A stretch of 64,000 nt of DNA from Enoplolaimus lenunculus (lineage: Eukaryota): positions 248,001 through 312,000 of the forward strand of contig JASANG010004046.1 in NCBI GenBank assembly GCA_030248215.1, read 5' to 3'. The notes beneath the pieces are model-generated. The model did no database searches, had not been told where the DNA came from, and saw nothing but the letters and a program-made list of their open reading frames with translations. The translations under genes were made by a program, and so were the position numbers. This document shows positions 24,701-35,500 of this stretch, piece by piece. The number at the start of each line of letters is the position of its first letter. Position 1 is the first letter of the stretch.

Positions 24701-27579
24701 AGGATCGTACTTGTGGCGTTTGCGGTGCAACTTTCATGCGCCATCCACGAAATATATTTCGTCATATTGCCGAAGTTCACGGTGTCACCCTGTCACGTTG
24801 TACTGATGGTCGGATTTTTGTCGACCGGAGCGACTCGACTGCTTGCCCGGGTTCGATTTCAAAAAATCCACCCCCCGACAGCGCTAGCTTCACCCAAGTG
24901 AATTCTGGTGGAAGCTCGGCAACACACGATGGGTCAACGTCTTCAAAGATTGATTGTGGTCCGGCTACGGTATGGTTTGAACCGATAGGGATGACTAGTG
25001 ACGAATCTGCTGCTATGAATTGCCGGTCACAAAGGAGGTCCGGATCGCGAGCGAGTTGCAGAAGTAGAAGCTCGTCAGTTGCAAGCAATAGCTCACTTGT
25101 GCCGTCGGCGTCTTTGGCTGCAGCGGCTGTAAGCGGCGCTCAGAGCTCGACCATGTTTCAACGGTTAGATATTCCGGTGTTAGCACCGATGCCTTCTTTG
25201 AATTCGTTTGCTGATGATGAGCCTATAGCAGGTGAACCACCTAACAAAATGTACCGTAAAGATAGTCAAGTGTACCTGGGTGGTTCGGGAAATATCGGCC
25301 AGAGTATGCTTGTGTTTATGCAGAAGGAATCTATGTCAGTTGACGAGAGCAAAAATAAAAATTCGATCACGGAAATTGTTAGTTTTGACGACGCTACGGT
25401 GGCGAGTAGACCGGCGTCGGTTGTGAATTCACAGACCTATATGGCGAATGTTTCACGGAGAAGCTCAATGCGTATTAGGCGGTCTACTACCAGTACACCG
25501 GCTGAGGGCAAGCCTGCCTCCAGTTGCCGAACCCGATCATCGGAGCGGTTGGCAACCGACAAGACCTCGAGCACAACGGTTGGTGATCAACAGAAATATA
25601 TGCTAACCGCTACTGGAAATTTGTCAGATGGAAATGAAGCTGATTTACGAGCTTCTGGAAGTTCTTACACGGAGCTAGATGCAAGTCCAAGCAGTTTTAA
25701 TGTAAGTTTGTTGCTGGTGTTTAGAAAGTAGCATTTTTGGCAGCTATGAGTCGCTTGATGTTTTCTTCCTCTCGGTTAAGGTTCCACTGTAATTACAATT
25801 CCGGCCGAAGTTCCTGCAAAACATCGATTTTTGTTAACTTTAAACATTTTGTAGTTGCTAAATTATTATATTGTTCAAATTCGGAAACATTTCCGTTTAC
25901 TTTGTTCAGTTTCGTTAATAAGTTGATAGATTAAAATACCTAATGAGTGATTTTATAAGTTTGATGACATTCTTAGGTTAGATTACGATTGCGATGATTG
26001 CTGGACGCAGTCGTTCTTAAACGCGAACTCGCGGTTAGTGCGAACATAGCCGCGAGCAACACGATTTAAGTGATTTTATAAGTTTGATGAAATTCTTACA
26101 TTAGATCACGATTGTTATGATTGCTTGACGCAGTCGTTATTAAACGAGAACTCGCGGTTACTGCGAATATAACCGCGAGTAACAAGATTGTTTTGTATTA
26201 CATTTTCATTGGCTTGTATACGCGATTATAACCTCGTGATAAAATGCGATTGCAGTGGCTGCCCGCGAATAAAGAAATTCAAGCACGATTATAAAACAAC
26301 GATTGCAGATACGATAATAATTAATGTGCACCTAATTCTGTTCGAAACTGTGTGTTATAGAGTGAACAGCTAAATGTTCAAGCATACGGTGATAACCATG
26401 ACAATGATAGCAGAGGTAGTTATGCTTTTGCTCATGAACAATTTCAACGCGAATCTCATGATGCGCAAAAACCCGAAGTAACAATTGCGTCATTGACTCC
26501 CAATGAAGTTAATCGCACACTGACTAGTGAATATATTATAGTGTGTAATGGATTGTTTTTATGTAAATTGTGCAACGCACGCTATACGTCACGTAGTACG
26601 TGTAATCAGCATATAAAGGTAAGTCTGGGATTTTGATGGTTGGTGTATAGAACGTATTTGGGATAAGTATGTGATATTTCTTGACTGTTAATTGAAAGAA
26701 CCGACTAAGTCTAGGACTGGTATGATGGTTGTATAAACCGAATTTGAAGTGGGAGTTATGAGGCTAGTATATTTCTTAACTGTTAATTCGGAGAACGCAC
26801 ACCCTATATGCCAGGTACATAGTACGTGCAGTCAGCATGTCCGGGTAAGTTTTGGACTCCGACGGTAAGCCGAATATGGATGGGGTTTATTGACTGTTAA
26901 TAGAGATAACGCACGCTATACATACTTTAGGTGCAGGGTGCAACCGGAATTACAATTTGAATTTTCCGAAACTGGAACCGTAATTTGAAACAATTCATGG
27001 GAACGGAACCAGAACCGGGAAATGAAAAATACATGCCACCGAAAAATTCATTTCAAATTTCTTTTTGCAATATTATTGGTGAAATAACCCTGGTTGGAGA
27101 TAGGTATTCCTTTTTGTCTGCTGTTTTGTTTTTAGATTTTCATAATCCACGGAAGCGTAATCTACCTTCGATGGTTTATTTTCGTCGATTGTCAACATTT
27201 ACGTACTATACTAATTAAATTATTCAATTGTTTCGTTATTTTTTAGTAAAATATCTTAATTTCAACAGACCAAAATTTAATATCGGAATTTTTGAATTCC
27301 GGTAAAAATTTGCCGCAGCCGGAAGGTTAAAAAATCCCGGAACCGAAATTCCGCTTGCACCCTGCGCAGGTGGTACGTGCAATCGTCATATCCGGGTAAG
27401 TCTTGGACTGGATGGTGGTTGTATAGGTCGCATTTGGAATGGGAGTTATGAATCTATTTTTCATTGTTTAGGATCGACATTTTTGTTGGAAAGCGCTGTC
27501 GTGCGATTATTGTGAGCTCAGATTCACTCGAAAAGAAAGCCTTCAAAAGCATTTAAAACGGTATCATCCTAAAACTTAA
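12705..27579 (+). CDS. Multi-exon C2H2 zinc-finger protein (12 dispersed fingers, ~1566 aa), putative transcription factor
   Basis: Exons joined in frame with matching intron phases: 12705-12773 (tentative first exon; alternative start ATG 13038), 13035-13763, 14051-14509, 17864-18331, 19274-19649, 20349-20591, 21070-21255, 21705-21884, 22540-22619, 23403-23798, 24553-25701, 26361-26618, 27472-27579 (TAA). The total is 4701 nt, divisible by 3. Fingers: CKQC..HVKEIH, CKTC..HQERFH, CRRC..HIKEVH, CRFC..HVSKVH, CKIC..HVRVVH, CMMC..HVRLVH, CPVC..HCRRNH, CLIC..HVKTIH, CRHC..HMATAH, CGVC..HIAEVH, CKLC..HIK|DRH (split by the last intron), CDYC..HLKRYH. Confidence 0.85.
14625..15926 (+). mobile_element. 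DINE-1/Helentron-like (HINE) non-autonomous element with internal tandem repeats, in a zinc-finger gene intron
   Basis: Short inverted subterminal motifs ATTGAGCGAAGCGAAACA (14866) / TGTTCGAGCTTCGATCAAT (15908-15926), a (GTCC)n microsatellite at 14938-14961, several diverged tandem units at 15100-15800, and a duplicated 5' segment at 14625-14860. Confidence 0.55.
15949..16750. mobile_element. TIR element with G/C-tract subterminal repeats and a 5-bp TSD (TGGTT)
   Basis: TGGTT|CTGGCTTCTCCACAG ... CTGTGGTGAAGCCAG|TGGTT, with repeated GCCCCCCAGGAAA motifs near both ends and an AT-rich centre. Confidence 0.8.
17090..17390. repeat. Dispersed repeat also present at ~24235-24480 in another intron of the same gene
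   Basis: Shared blocks ACGGGAA..GGTTACT..ATTTACCGG.T.CTGGATAGT.AATTTTA..AACCGAAT and GCAAAAGT..TTTTTGAC..GCAATC.CAGCAAGA.CCTGATAC. Confidence 0.65.
25946..26185. repeat. Intronic tandem duplication (~120 bp x2)
   Basis: AGTGATTTTATAAGTTTGATGA.ATTCTTA..GACGCAGTCGTT.TTAAACG.GAACTCGCGGTTA occurs twice. Confidence 0.85.
26934..27364. mobile_element. hAT-like MITE (CAGGGTGCAACCGG TIR)
   Basis: CAGGGTGCAACCGGAAT ... ATTCCGCTTGCACCCTG, with a decayed TSD (..AGGTG on both sides). A homologous copy lies at 42928-43299. Confidence 0.8.
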
Positions 27580-28326
27580 CCGAACGGTCAGTTATCGTAT
27601 CGTATAACAAGTACAAAGTGTTTGCAACGTGACATAATCGGTGAAGTACGTCTGTGAGTGATGTGGAACTAGCTGTAGGTGTGGTAATTGCACGTCCTTG
27701 CAGATTACGCTTTGTCAAGGCTAGAAGTATGGGCTATCCATAGAAAGGGTTTCTCTGTGGTATGCTCTGCCCGTACTGTTGTAAAGTTTTATACGTAGTT
27801 TCAAAAGTATATACAAAAATCGATAGTTCATATAATATTCAGGAAGGTTAATAACTGAAATTTTGGGTTAAACAGGAGATAAACTTTATCGGAACACTGA
27901 ATAGAAGTCGGAACAGGAATCGAATATTAAATTTTTAATATTAGGGAATGGAATCTGGGTATAACTGTGGTTGATACACCGTATGTGGAAATTTAGTCTT
28001 CTATTATGTATATATAAACTTAACTACCTTTACAACACTTTGAGATTTTATTATTTTATATATGGAAGCCGTGTTCAGTGTATATAGCAAAATATATCCG
28101 TGTTGAAGGTTTGTCTGAATATGACACCGTGTTAACTGAGGTTGATTTGTCTAACATGTATTTTTTGACTCTTGTTTGTATTAAGTCTTAAATCGTTTTA
28201 ACTATTATTTTGTTGTTTATTGTTTCAGAGATATCATTCTACACTGCGCAAAATCATTGGTCGACATATTGTATTTTTGGTGGAATCTCGCAATATGCGT
28301 ATTGTTTGGCATAACGTTGTTACAAT

Positions 28327-28435
28327 TAGGGTTGCGCTATACTCGCCGCGGTGCCGGACGCCGGCACGCGGCGCTGTATAATTTTTATTAAAAATTACCA
28401 CACGCCGCCGCTCAGTAAAGCATAGCGCAATCCTT
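28327..28435. mobile_element. Short MITE (AGGGTTGCGCTAT TIR)
   Basis: TAGGGTTGCGCTATACT ... AGCATAGCGCAATCCTTA; related ends lie at ~20035 and ~23380. Confidence 0.6.
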
Positions 28436-31359
28436 AGGGTCTGGATAGCGAAGGAGTCACTACGCTTCTTATATTCCGTGAGCTGTTATTAATCACAAAT
28501 CTCACTTTTGTTGTGTATTACATAATGAGCTGATTAGAAACAATGTTTTTGAAATTGTGTACAGTGAAAATTGCTTTAGCTACATAGTTTTAGCGTAGTT
28601 TTATCTAAGCTTATACTTGTATTAAAATTGAAGTTTTTGGTGTGTTATCTGCCTCTGTTTAGTGTAGAATGCAACGTAATTAAAGATATCACAAAGGGAG
28701 CCAGAAATGCGGAAACTATGCATAAGATTTCCATACCTGAATCGGAATTTCATTTTGCGAATTGGTCTGGTTGCCAGGTTGGTTAGAGTGATTTAATTTG
28801 CATTTGGATACTTGATCAACCCTGTATTAAAACGCGATTATACTTGGAATTTTAACCGGAAGCAAAATTTAAGAGAAACACTCTGTAAATTTTTACGTTA
28901 GTCACATATAATGTATCCGTCAGTTGTGTTGCTCATGTATATACGTTCATACTGTACTCATTCCGATGCTTTTGTTTCAAATTATATTGTTTACTAATTT
29001 GCAAAATTGGCAATTGTGAATTTTCATATAAACACAAGACACTTTGTCTGATAGACAACTGCAGGGTCACCGCGAGTCGATAAGCAGTCTCATTTGTCGA
29101 TGATAAACCAGGATTTTTCTTTCGGTTATCTTCCCAGCCGGCATTAGCCTAAAATGTTTTATTTTGAAAATTTTTTGCATATTTGGACTCTTCTTGACCT
29201 AATCTGATCATTTAACATCCACTTGCATTTTGAAAAGGTCGATTTTCTTCGGACTCAAGGCAAAACTTATATTGAAAAGTAAGAGTTGTCCACAACCTAG
29301 ACATAATGGAAAGGACCCATACTGAAGGTTCCATCTGGAGAATTAAAGCTGAGTCACAAATGCTTCTATAACAGGGCATCGACACCACTTTTTATACTTA
29401 CCAGTTACCAGATTGGCTTGCAAAGTCATTTGCTGGGTACACAAAATGCATCAAGCCGGAAAGTTGTACATTTTAAAAGTCCATGTGTGCAGGAGTTCAA
29501 AGATTGGAACTTAAAAATTTCATCAGTCTTAGTATAGTATCCTTTAATGCAAACGACTTTAAAAAAGTGAACGTGAAGTTCGGGGATTGGCAGTATTTCA
29601 TGCGCTTAACAAATACCGCTAAATGTATACTGCTTTCGGGGTTCCAAAAATGTTGCGGAATATCCCATAAATATTAAAAATCAGTCATATTGTGTAAAAA
29701 ATCTAGCGTAGAATTTGTCACTATAGCAGAGTTTCAACAAATTCTTTTGTATCCAAAGCACATATTTCTTTGAAGATTCCCGCAAGCGAAAACAGGAGTC
29801 ACCGTCCGAGAGCGGTGACAATAAGGCTTAGGGCGATGGCAATAAGGCATTTAATATTTTGTGTCATGGGTCTCTTGTCTGCTTCATACCCTTGCGTTAG
29901 TTGTCCATTTTCAAAGTTTATGTGTATTGTTTTTTTAAATAATTCGCATGTCAAATCTTTCACAAGATTCGTACGGAACTAAAAAGGTAATACCAGCTTG
30001 AACTAGTGTGCCGGAAGATGTAAAACCATGTACGTATATGTATAATCTCAATGATTTTAATAGAGTTTTTTTGTTATTCCACGACATGTGGTTGCCCAAG
30101 TAGGCAGCAATCACTGGCAGATTCATGTGAGTAATGGGGTGTATACCCCGCCCGAAATCTCGAAAATTGTTTGATATCATTACTCATTAGCTAATATGGT
30201 GACAAAACAATTCACATTAAAGAATTTGGAAAAGACACCATTGATGTATAGAAACAGTTAATTTTTATCTTTAAATTAAATAGGGATGGGAATTATGTTG
30301 TGAGTTTTGCGGTTGAACTGTTTCTGAATACTCGTGTAGGCTGTTTTTATAAGATTTGAAATGTTTTTTGTCGATTTTATGAAGATTAGTGCGCTCCTAA
30401 TGTATTTGGCTGAGTGCAGAGATGATGATGTTGTTCATCGACTGTTTTGCGTTTTCGTTAGTCAATTTTGAAGGCCTACAAAAACATGCGTCAATTTCTT
30501 TAAAATATGATGAATCTGTAGACGAAAAACAAAGTTGTGAAAAGAACAGAAATTTCAACGAAATTTGAAGCGTTGTTTTTTTTATTTTTTAAGCTTATTC
30601 GTCATAATTCGCCATATAACCGTAAAAATTCCGGTTCCTGCGTCGTTCAACGCCGGAACAGGAACAGGAATTGAATTTTCGGAGTATTCCTGTTATTGTT
30701 TTAGTCATATTTTGATCAAATGTCGCCAATTTATTAAGTCTCAAAATAGTTCGAAAAGTTAAGCCGAATGCACTGAACGATACAATTTTTCTAGAACTGT
30801 GTAAAATTTACTATAGAATATTCCGGAATTTTCGGTAGAACTTGTACCAGAGCCGGAATTTTTGTGCCTTTTTACACATTTTTATTTATCTTATGGATAG
30901 GTAGCTGGATAATCGTGATGCATATGAATATACTCAGAGTGGAAACTGAGGGAAATCTGCGTTTGATCACATGTCCTAAAATTTGCTCAACTTCGTTTAA
31001 AAACCTTGATAAAAGGGAGTGGTATTTGATATGTTTGGGTATGGTATTAGGTGTTTTAAACGATTTTACTTCAGTTTTAGTTGTGAATAGCGTTTTAATG
31101 CATTGTATTGTATATTTAAATTGAAGCGTTGAATTGTTTTATTTTTGTTGTGTGTCCATGCAATATTGACGTTTATATTATATTAATTGGTGTTATTCTT
31201 GAAAAACTGTTGTTCAGAATTTCACCGAGTGTTTAGCATTTAGTGATAAGCTTTTTTGGCAGGTATATCTTATGTGGCTAAAGCTTTGGGCACATTAAAT
31301 CACAATGACGGTGAAATATGCCAAAAATAGTTTTTATGCATCAATTTAGCGGATAAAAT

Positions 31360-31732
31360 TAGGGATGTGCCGACACCAAAATTTATGCCGATGCCAATTC
31401 CGATGCCGATTTTTATTTTGAAATGTTGCCGATGTCGAACCGATACCGATTCCAACTTTAGTACACCATACTTAATATACAGATATGCTACTACATTACA
31501 TACACTCTAACCATCATAAACGATCATAATTCCTAATGGTTCATTTTAATTATTTTTTTCAAACACATCAAACGTAAGAGAGATTACACACTAATATACG
31601 TTTAGAAATGAAATTGATAGCATTCAACTCAGTGTTATGTGTAAAAAGCATCGGCAATTTTATTGCAGTGCCGATCCGATACTTAGGAAAAGTACCGATT
31701 ATTACCGATGCCGGTTATTCGGCACATCCGTA
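31360..31732. mobile_element. hAT-like TAGGG MITE, same family as 35254-35500
   Basis: GATAAAAT|TAGGGATGTGCCGA ... TCGGCACATCCGTA|GACAAAAT (7/8 TSD match). Confidence 0.85.
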
Positions 31733-31921
31733 GACAAAATCATGGTGGACGAAAAAGTATATACAGAAACTCGGAAAATAACAGTTTTGAAAACTAGCTG
31801 TGCGAGTGAAGGGTAATTGATGCTTTTGCTGTTCATTTTCGTAATATGAAATGCGTCATGTAAATTGCACAAGAGTTTATTAAAGAGCGTACTATTTCAG
31901 TTTAGGCTGACACGAGATTCA

Positions 31922-32338
31922 TGTCATAACTGGGGCAGACCGGAACACGCTTTTATGAAACTGCCTGGTTATATCTAGTTGCATAACAATCCGCTATCAA
32001 ATTTTGAGTTGTCTAATCTCGTGGTATCGCCGTTTATACTGCAATATCACGTTATCGACATTTTGTCGGGATGTAATAAAATTAGAAACTGGTACAAAGT
32101 TGTGGTTAAGTTGTCTTTGCGTTCTGTGGAGTTACGTGATACTAAAATTTAAGTTCTTTGCAATTAACACCCCCTTTTACTATTTTACACAAATTACTTC
32201 GGCGATTATATGCTTAAGTACTTGAGAGCATGGCAGGGGTGTAACCGGATATCCGGTTCCGGCCAAATTCGGTGTCTGTTTGGTTGACATCGAGTCTATA
32301 TTGAATGGAACGTGTTTCAAACTGCCCCAGTTATAACG
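31922..32338. mobile_element. Non-autonomous TIR element with a TGT terminus (Ginger-like MITE)
   Basis: TGTCATAACTGGGGCAG..GGAACACGC at the left end is inverted as CGTGTTTC..CTGCCCCAGTTATAACG at the right end. Confidence 0.6.
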
Positions 32339-32508
32339 CGGCGTGTTGCAGCCCACAGTTTCTCCCCGAAAACCGGGGCTAACCAGAATTTCCTCTCTCG
32401 AAGAAAACTGTTCCAGCGCGAATTTTGCACCCGGGAAACGGACCTAGCCTGAACATTTCCCGGATAAATTGTCCCAGTCCGAATTTTGCCCCAGGAAAGG
32501 AAATGCTG

Positions 32509-32791
32509 TAGGGTGCAACCAGAGGTGAAAATACCGGAGCCACAGCAGGAGGTCAACGAAACTTGACGGAGACGAGGTGAGGCGAAATTAGGTAGTAAAG
32601 ACGTTAACTTTCTGTGTAATTTTGGAAATTCTTTCGTGAAAATCTGTGACAAAAGTAAATCGAAATGCGCTAAACAGATAAATTTTGCAAAATTATCCAA
32701 AATTTTCCTGCCGACATTACCGGAAAATCCGGCAAAAATTCTACCGGAGCCGGAGGCAGGCCTCCGGTTATATATACCCGGCTGTACCCTG
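32509..32791. mobile_element. hAT-like MITE with a perfect 8-bp TSD (AAATGCTG), inserted in the Ginger-like element
   Basis: AAATGCTG|TAGGGTGCAACC ... GGCTGTACCCTG|AAATGCTG. Confidence 0.85.
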
Positions 32792-33138
32792 AAATGCTGA
32801 AAACACGTTTGAAATTATTTACTTCAGCTAAATGTATAATAACTTCGTGTAACCAAAATAAAGATCAATATTTAAAACGCCCTACAAATTTTAACGTTAT
32901 ACCTAACATGATGTATCGCCTAAAAGCATTGCATTATTGACTCGCTCGACGTCCGTCGTGTTGCCACCTGCTAAATGATAAGACATGAACCTTCGACAGA
33001 ACTATGTTCTATAATTTATTTCACACAAAGACATTGGGCACGCTGTTCTTCTCCACCGAATGTATAAGCAGCTTTTGTGCTCTGCGGCATAACCAATAGT
33101 TGAATAAACATAAATCCAGGTGCTTCAGGTTCGCAGTA

Positions 33139-33889
33139 CGGCTTCCTGCCATACATTAGCTCAAATGGTGCTATTTTAGACGCAGACTGCGGAATACACC
33201 GATAGGAAAATAAGGCCTCTTACAACCAACAGTCCCAAGCGCCCTGATCGTCAGTTTCGCCTATCATTTTCATTAGTAATCGCTGAAGTATCTGGTTGTG
33301 CCTACTTCTCGACAAGCCTCTGAGATTTAGGTATGGTGCTAGCTTGATGATACACGTTTTTTATTTTGTTATTTCAAACAAGGAGCCAAGAACAGAGTTT
33401 AACTCCCGTTCTTGTCGGCGAGAACTAAAATGTAATTTCCTTTATGATACTCAGTTATATGCACCAGATACATTTCAATGTGATACCAACACGTTTCGAC
33501 TGGCAATGAATGTAGAAGGACCTCGCATTTATCGAAGCTTTCCGGTTAACGTTTTGGCATGTACTACAAAAAGGCACATCGTCCCGTCACTTTTCACATT
33601 TTTCCAATAATATATACTTTTCGGTATATTAACATACGTGCAATCTCTACCAAAGTAGCCCCGGTCATTGCGGTACTCACTGTTGAAGAACTTTTGTTCT
33701 TCGGTTTGGCTCCACGTAGGTTTTAAACGTTTAATTATTGACAATTAGATTCTCACCTTCCATTTTAAATTGAGTTGCACGCGTCCGCAGTTTATTGTCA
33801 GTTCTTTTGCAACCTTTGAATTTAATGACCTCCACGCTGTCGGATATTCACTATACTTTCAAATAAAGAAATATGTTGCAATAGTCCAT
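33139..33889 (-). pseudogene. Degenerate Ginger/GIN-type (Gypsy-like rve) integrase/transposase
   Basis: The minus-strand translation, across frameshifts and stops, reads MDYCNIFLYLK..SEYP..NKLRTRATQFKMEGENL.. GYFGRDCTY..IYYWKNVKSD..FCSTCQNVN (H2C2 zinc-binding region), LLHSLPVETCWYHIEMYL..GNYIL, RVSS..PKSQRLVE..HNQILQRLLMK..WDCWL*EALFSYRCIPQSASKIAPFELMYGRKP. This matches the known layout of the rve integrase core. Confidence 0.8.
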
Positions 33890-33893
33890 GATT

Positions 33894-34280
33894 ATGGCTA
33901 TAAAAATTATATAAAATGTCATCCGGTCTTGTTTTCTGACGAAATATTGGGGCTAGCTCGCTTTTTCCGCTGGAAAAACTCGTCATCGCTTTTGGAGGGA
34001 AAAATTCGGGATGACAGTTATTCTGGACGTAAAATTTAGACCAGCCCCGTTTTCCGAAAAGAAAATTGGGTCGGGGGAAAACATTGAATATGGCTAGAAA
34101 AATTATATAAAATTTCATCCGGTCTTGTTTTCTGACGAAATATTGGGCTAGCTCGCTTTTTCCGCTGCAAAAACTCGTCATCGCCGAGATTTTTGGAGGG
34201 AAAAATTCGGGATGAGTTATTCTGGACGTAAAATTTAGACAAGCCCGTTTTCCGAAGGGAAAATTGGGGCGGGGGAAAAC
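33894..34280. repeat. Tandem duplication of a ~190-bp subterminal segment of the Ginger-like element
   Basis: TGGCTA.AAAAATTATATAAAAT.TCATCCGGTCTTGTTTTCTGACGAAATATTGGG...GGGGGAAAAC occurs at ~33894-34081 and ~34090-34280. Confidence 0.9.
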
Positions 34281-34640
34281 CTGGGCTGTGACACCATGCA
34301 GAACCAAATCACTTCAAACATCAGTTCAATTCCCGTGAAAGGCCGAATGCGTTGGTGGGGTTCTTTATTTGTCCGGGACCCACTTTCGCTTTTCGTGAAA
34401 TGAAACCAGTGATTTGTGGATTCAGTAGGGACAACCACAGTTCTGCCTCCGTCATAAAATCAATATCGAGCTTTGGCACGGTATATTTTCCTTCAGAGCA
34501 TATTTTTATCAGGGCACAACCGGAATTCCGGTTGAGAAATCCTATACTTTTCACTATCCGGTTCCGGTAATAAATCGGTTTTTTCAGCGGAATCATCCGG
34601 AATTTTTGGTATTGAAAATTTTTGTCATTTGACGATTTAA

Positions 34641-34901
34641 CCCTTTCTCACATGAATATTTTCTATTTTCCCTGAGACCTACTTTTATGCTAGGATTCGA
34701 ACTCCAGTGACTGGAGTGGGAGGCGTATACCATCACCACTCAGCTATAGGAGCTTGACGCTCGAGTCCGAGGGGGCTCTCACGTCTTGTGGTGATTTAGT
34801 ACTATGTATACGTGTTGCCATTGTTAAACACGGTGCGATATATTATTTAACGTATTTACACTGCACTGAGTTGCCTATAGGCAACTCAATGTGAGAAGGG
34901 G
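34641..34901 (-). mobile_element. piggyBac-like MITE copy 3 with a perfect TTAA TSD
   Basis: TTAA|CCCTTTCTCACATG ... ATGTGAGAAGGGG|TTAA; the reverse complement of copy 1. Confidence 0.85.
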
Positions 34902-34983
34902 TTAAGAGAAATTGGCATTCTAAATTTTTTCTAAAATTTTCTAAGCGTGCATTGCCAGTTTTTAATTTGTGCCATACTCAAAA

Positions 34984-35153
34984 GGGCCCATGTATAGAAC
35001 AGGGCCGAATCGTTTTCCGGAGGGCCTATAATAGAGTCGGCTTAACCTTTACACTAAGTTTCCTTGCTTGGGCTCAGGAATAGGCTCATTCATACGCTTA
35101 GGTTTAGGCATATGCTTATACTACTGTTCCGACCCTGTTCTATACATGGGCCC
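34984..35153. mobile_element. Same telomere-repeat MITE family, nested copy
   Basis: GGGCCCATGTATAGAACAGGG ... CCCTGTTCTATACATGGGCCC (21-bp perfect TIR), with internal CTTAGGTTTAGGC. Confidence 0.8.
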
Positions 35154-35253
35154 TCAAAAGCAACATCAGCACAATATTTTAACACACATTTCCAGATACT
35201 GCATTTGATTCAGAATTTTGGCATCCTAAATGGGTGTGTTACAGCATTAAAAG

Positions 35254-35500
35254 TAGGGATATACCAAAATTTTTGTTGATGTCTATTCTTATCTTAAAAT
35301 TTTGCCGGTGACGAACCGATTCCAACTTTAGGACACCATGCAGACACACTATTGTGCCCCAGAAATGAAACTGATAGCATTCCAATTGACTGTTATGTGC
35401 AAAAAGTATCGGCAGAGAATCGGTATTTTTTGTAGTGCCGATGCCGATACTCATGAAAAGTGCCGATTATTACCGATGCCGATTAATCGGCACATCCCTA
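35254..35500. mobile_element. hAT-like TAGGG MITE with a perfect 8-bp TSD (ATTAAAAG)
   Basis: ATTAAAAG|TAGGGAT ... GGCACATCCCTA|ATTAAAAG, with CCGAT-rich internal repeats. Confidence 0.85.

Larger units (their letters stand above)
32344..34293 (-). mobile_element. Decayed Ginger-like DNA transposon (TGT termini) enclosing the integrase pseudogene
   Basis: The left end TGTTGCAGCCCACAGTTTCTCCCCG (32344) and the reverse complement of the right end TGTCACAGCCCAGGTTTTCCCCCG (34293) form imperfect TIRs, with similar subterminal motifs. No RT/RNaseH is seen upstream of the integrase. No TSD is recognisable. Confidence 0.6.

Noticed and set aside
13038..25731. Treating the ORFs at 13038, 14000, 17786, 19220, 20357, 23394 and 24508 as separate genes
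   Set aside because: Splice sites and phases join them into one continuous reading frame.
33822..34596. ORFs of 161, 91 and 68 aa
   Set aside because: They overlap tandemly duplicated subterminal transposon sequence and MITE ends, with no recognisable protein motif.
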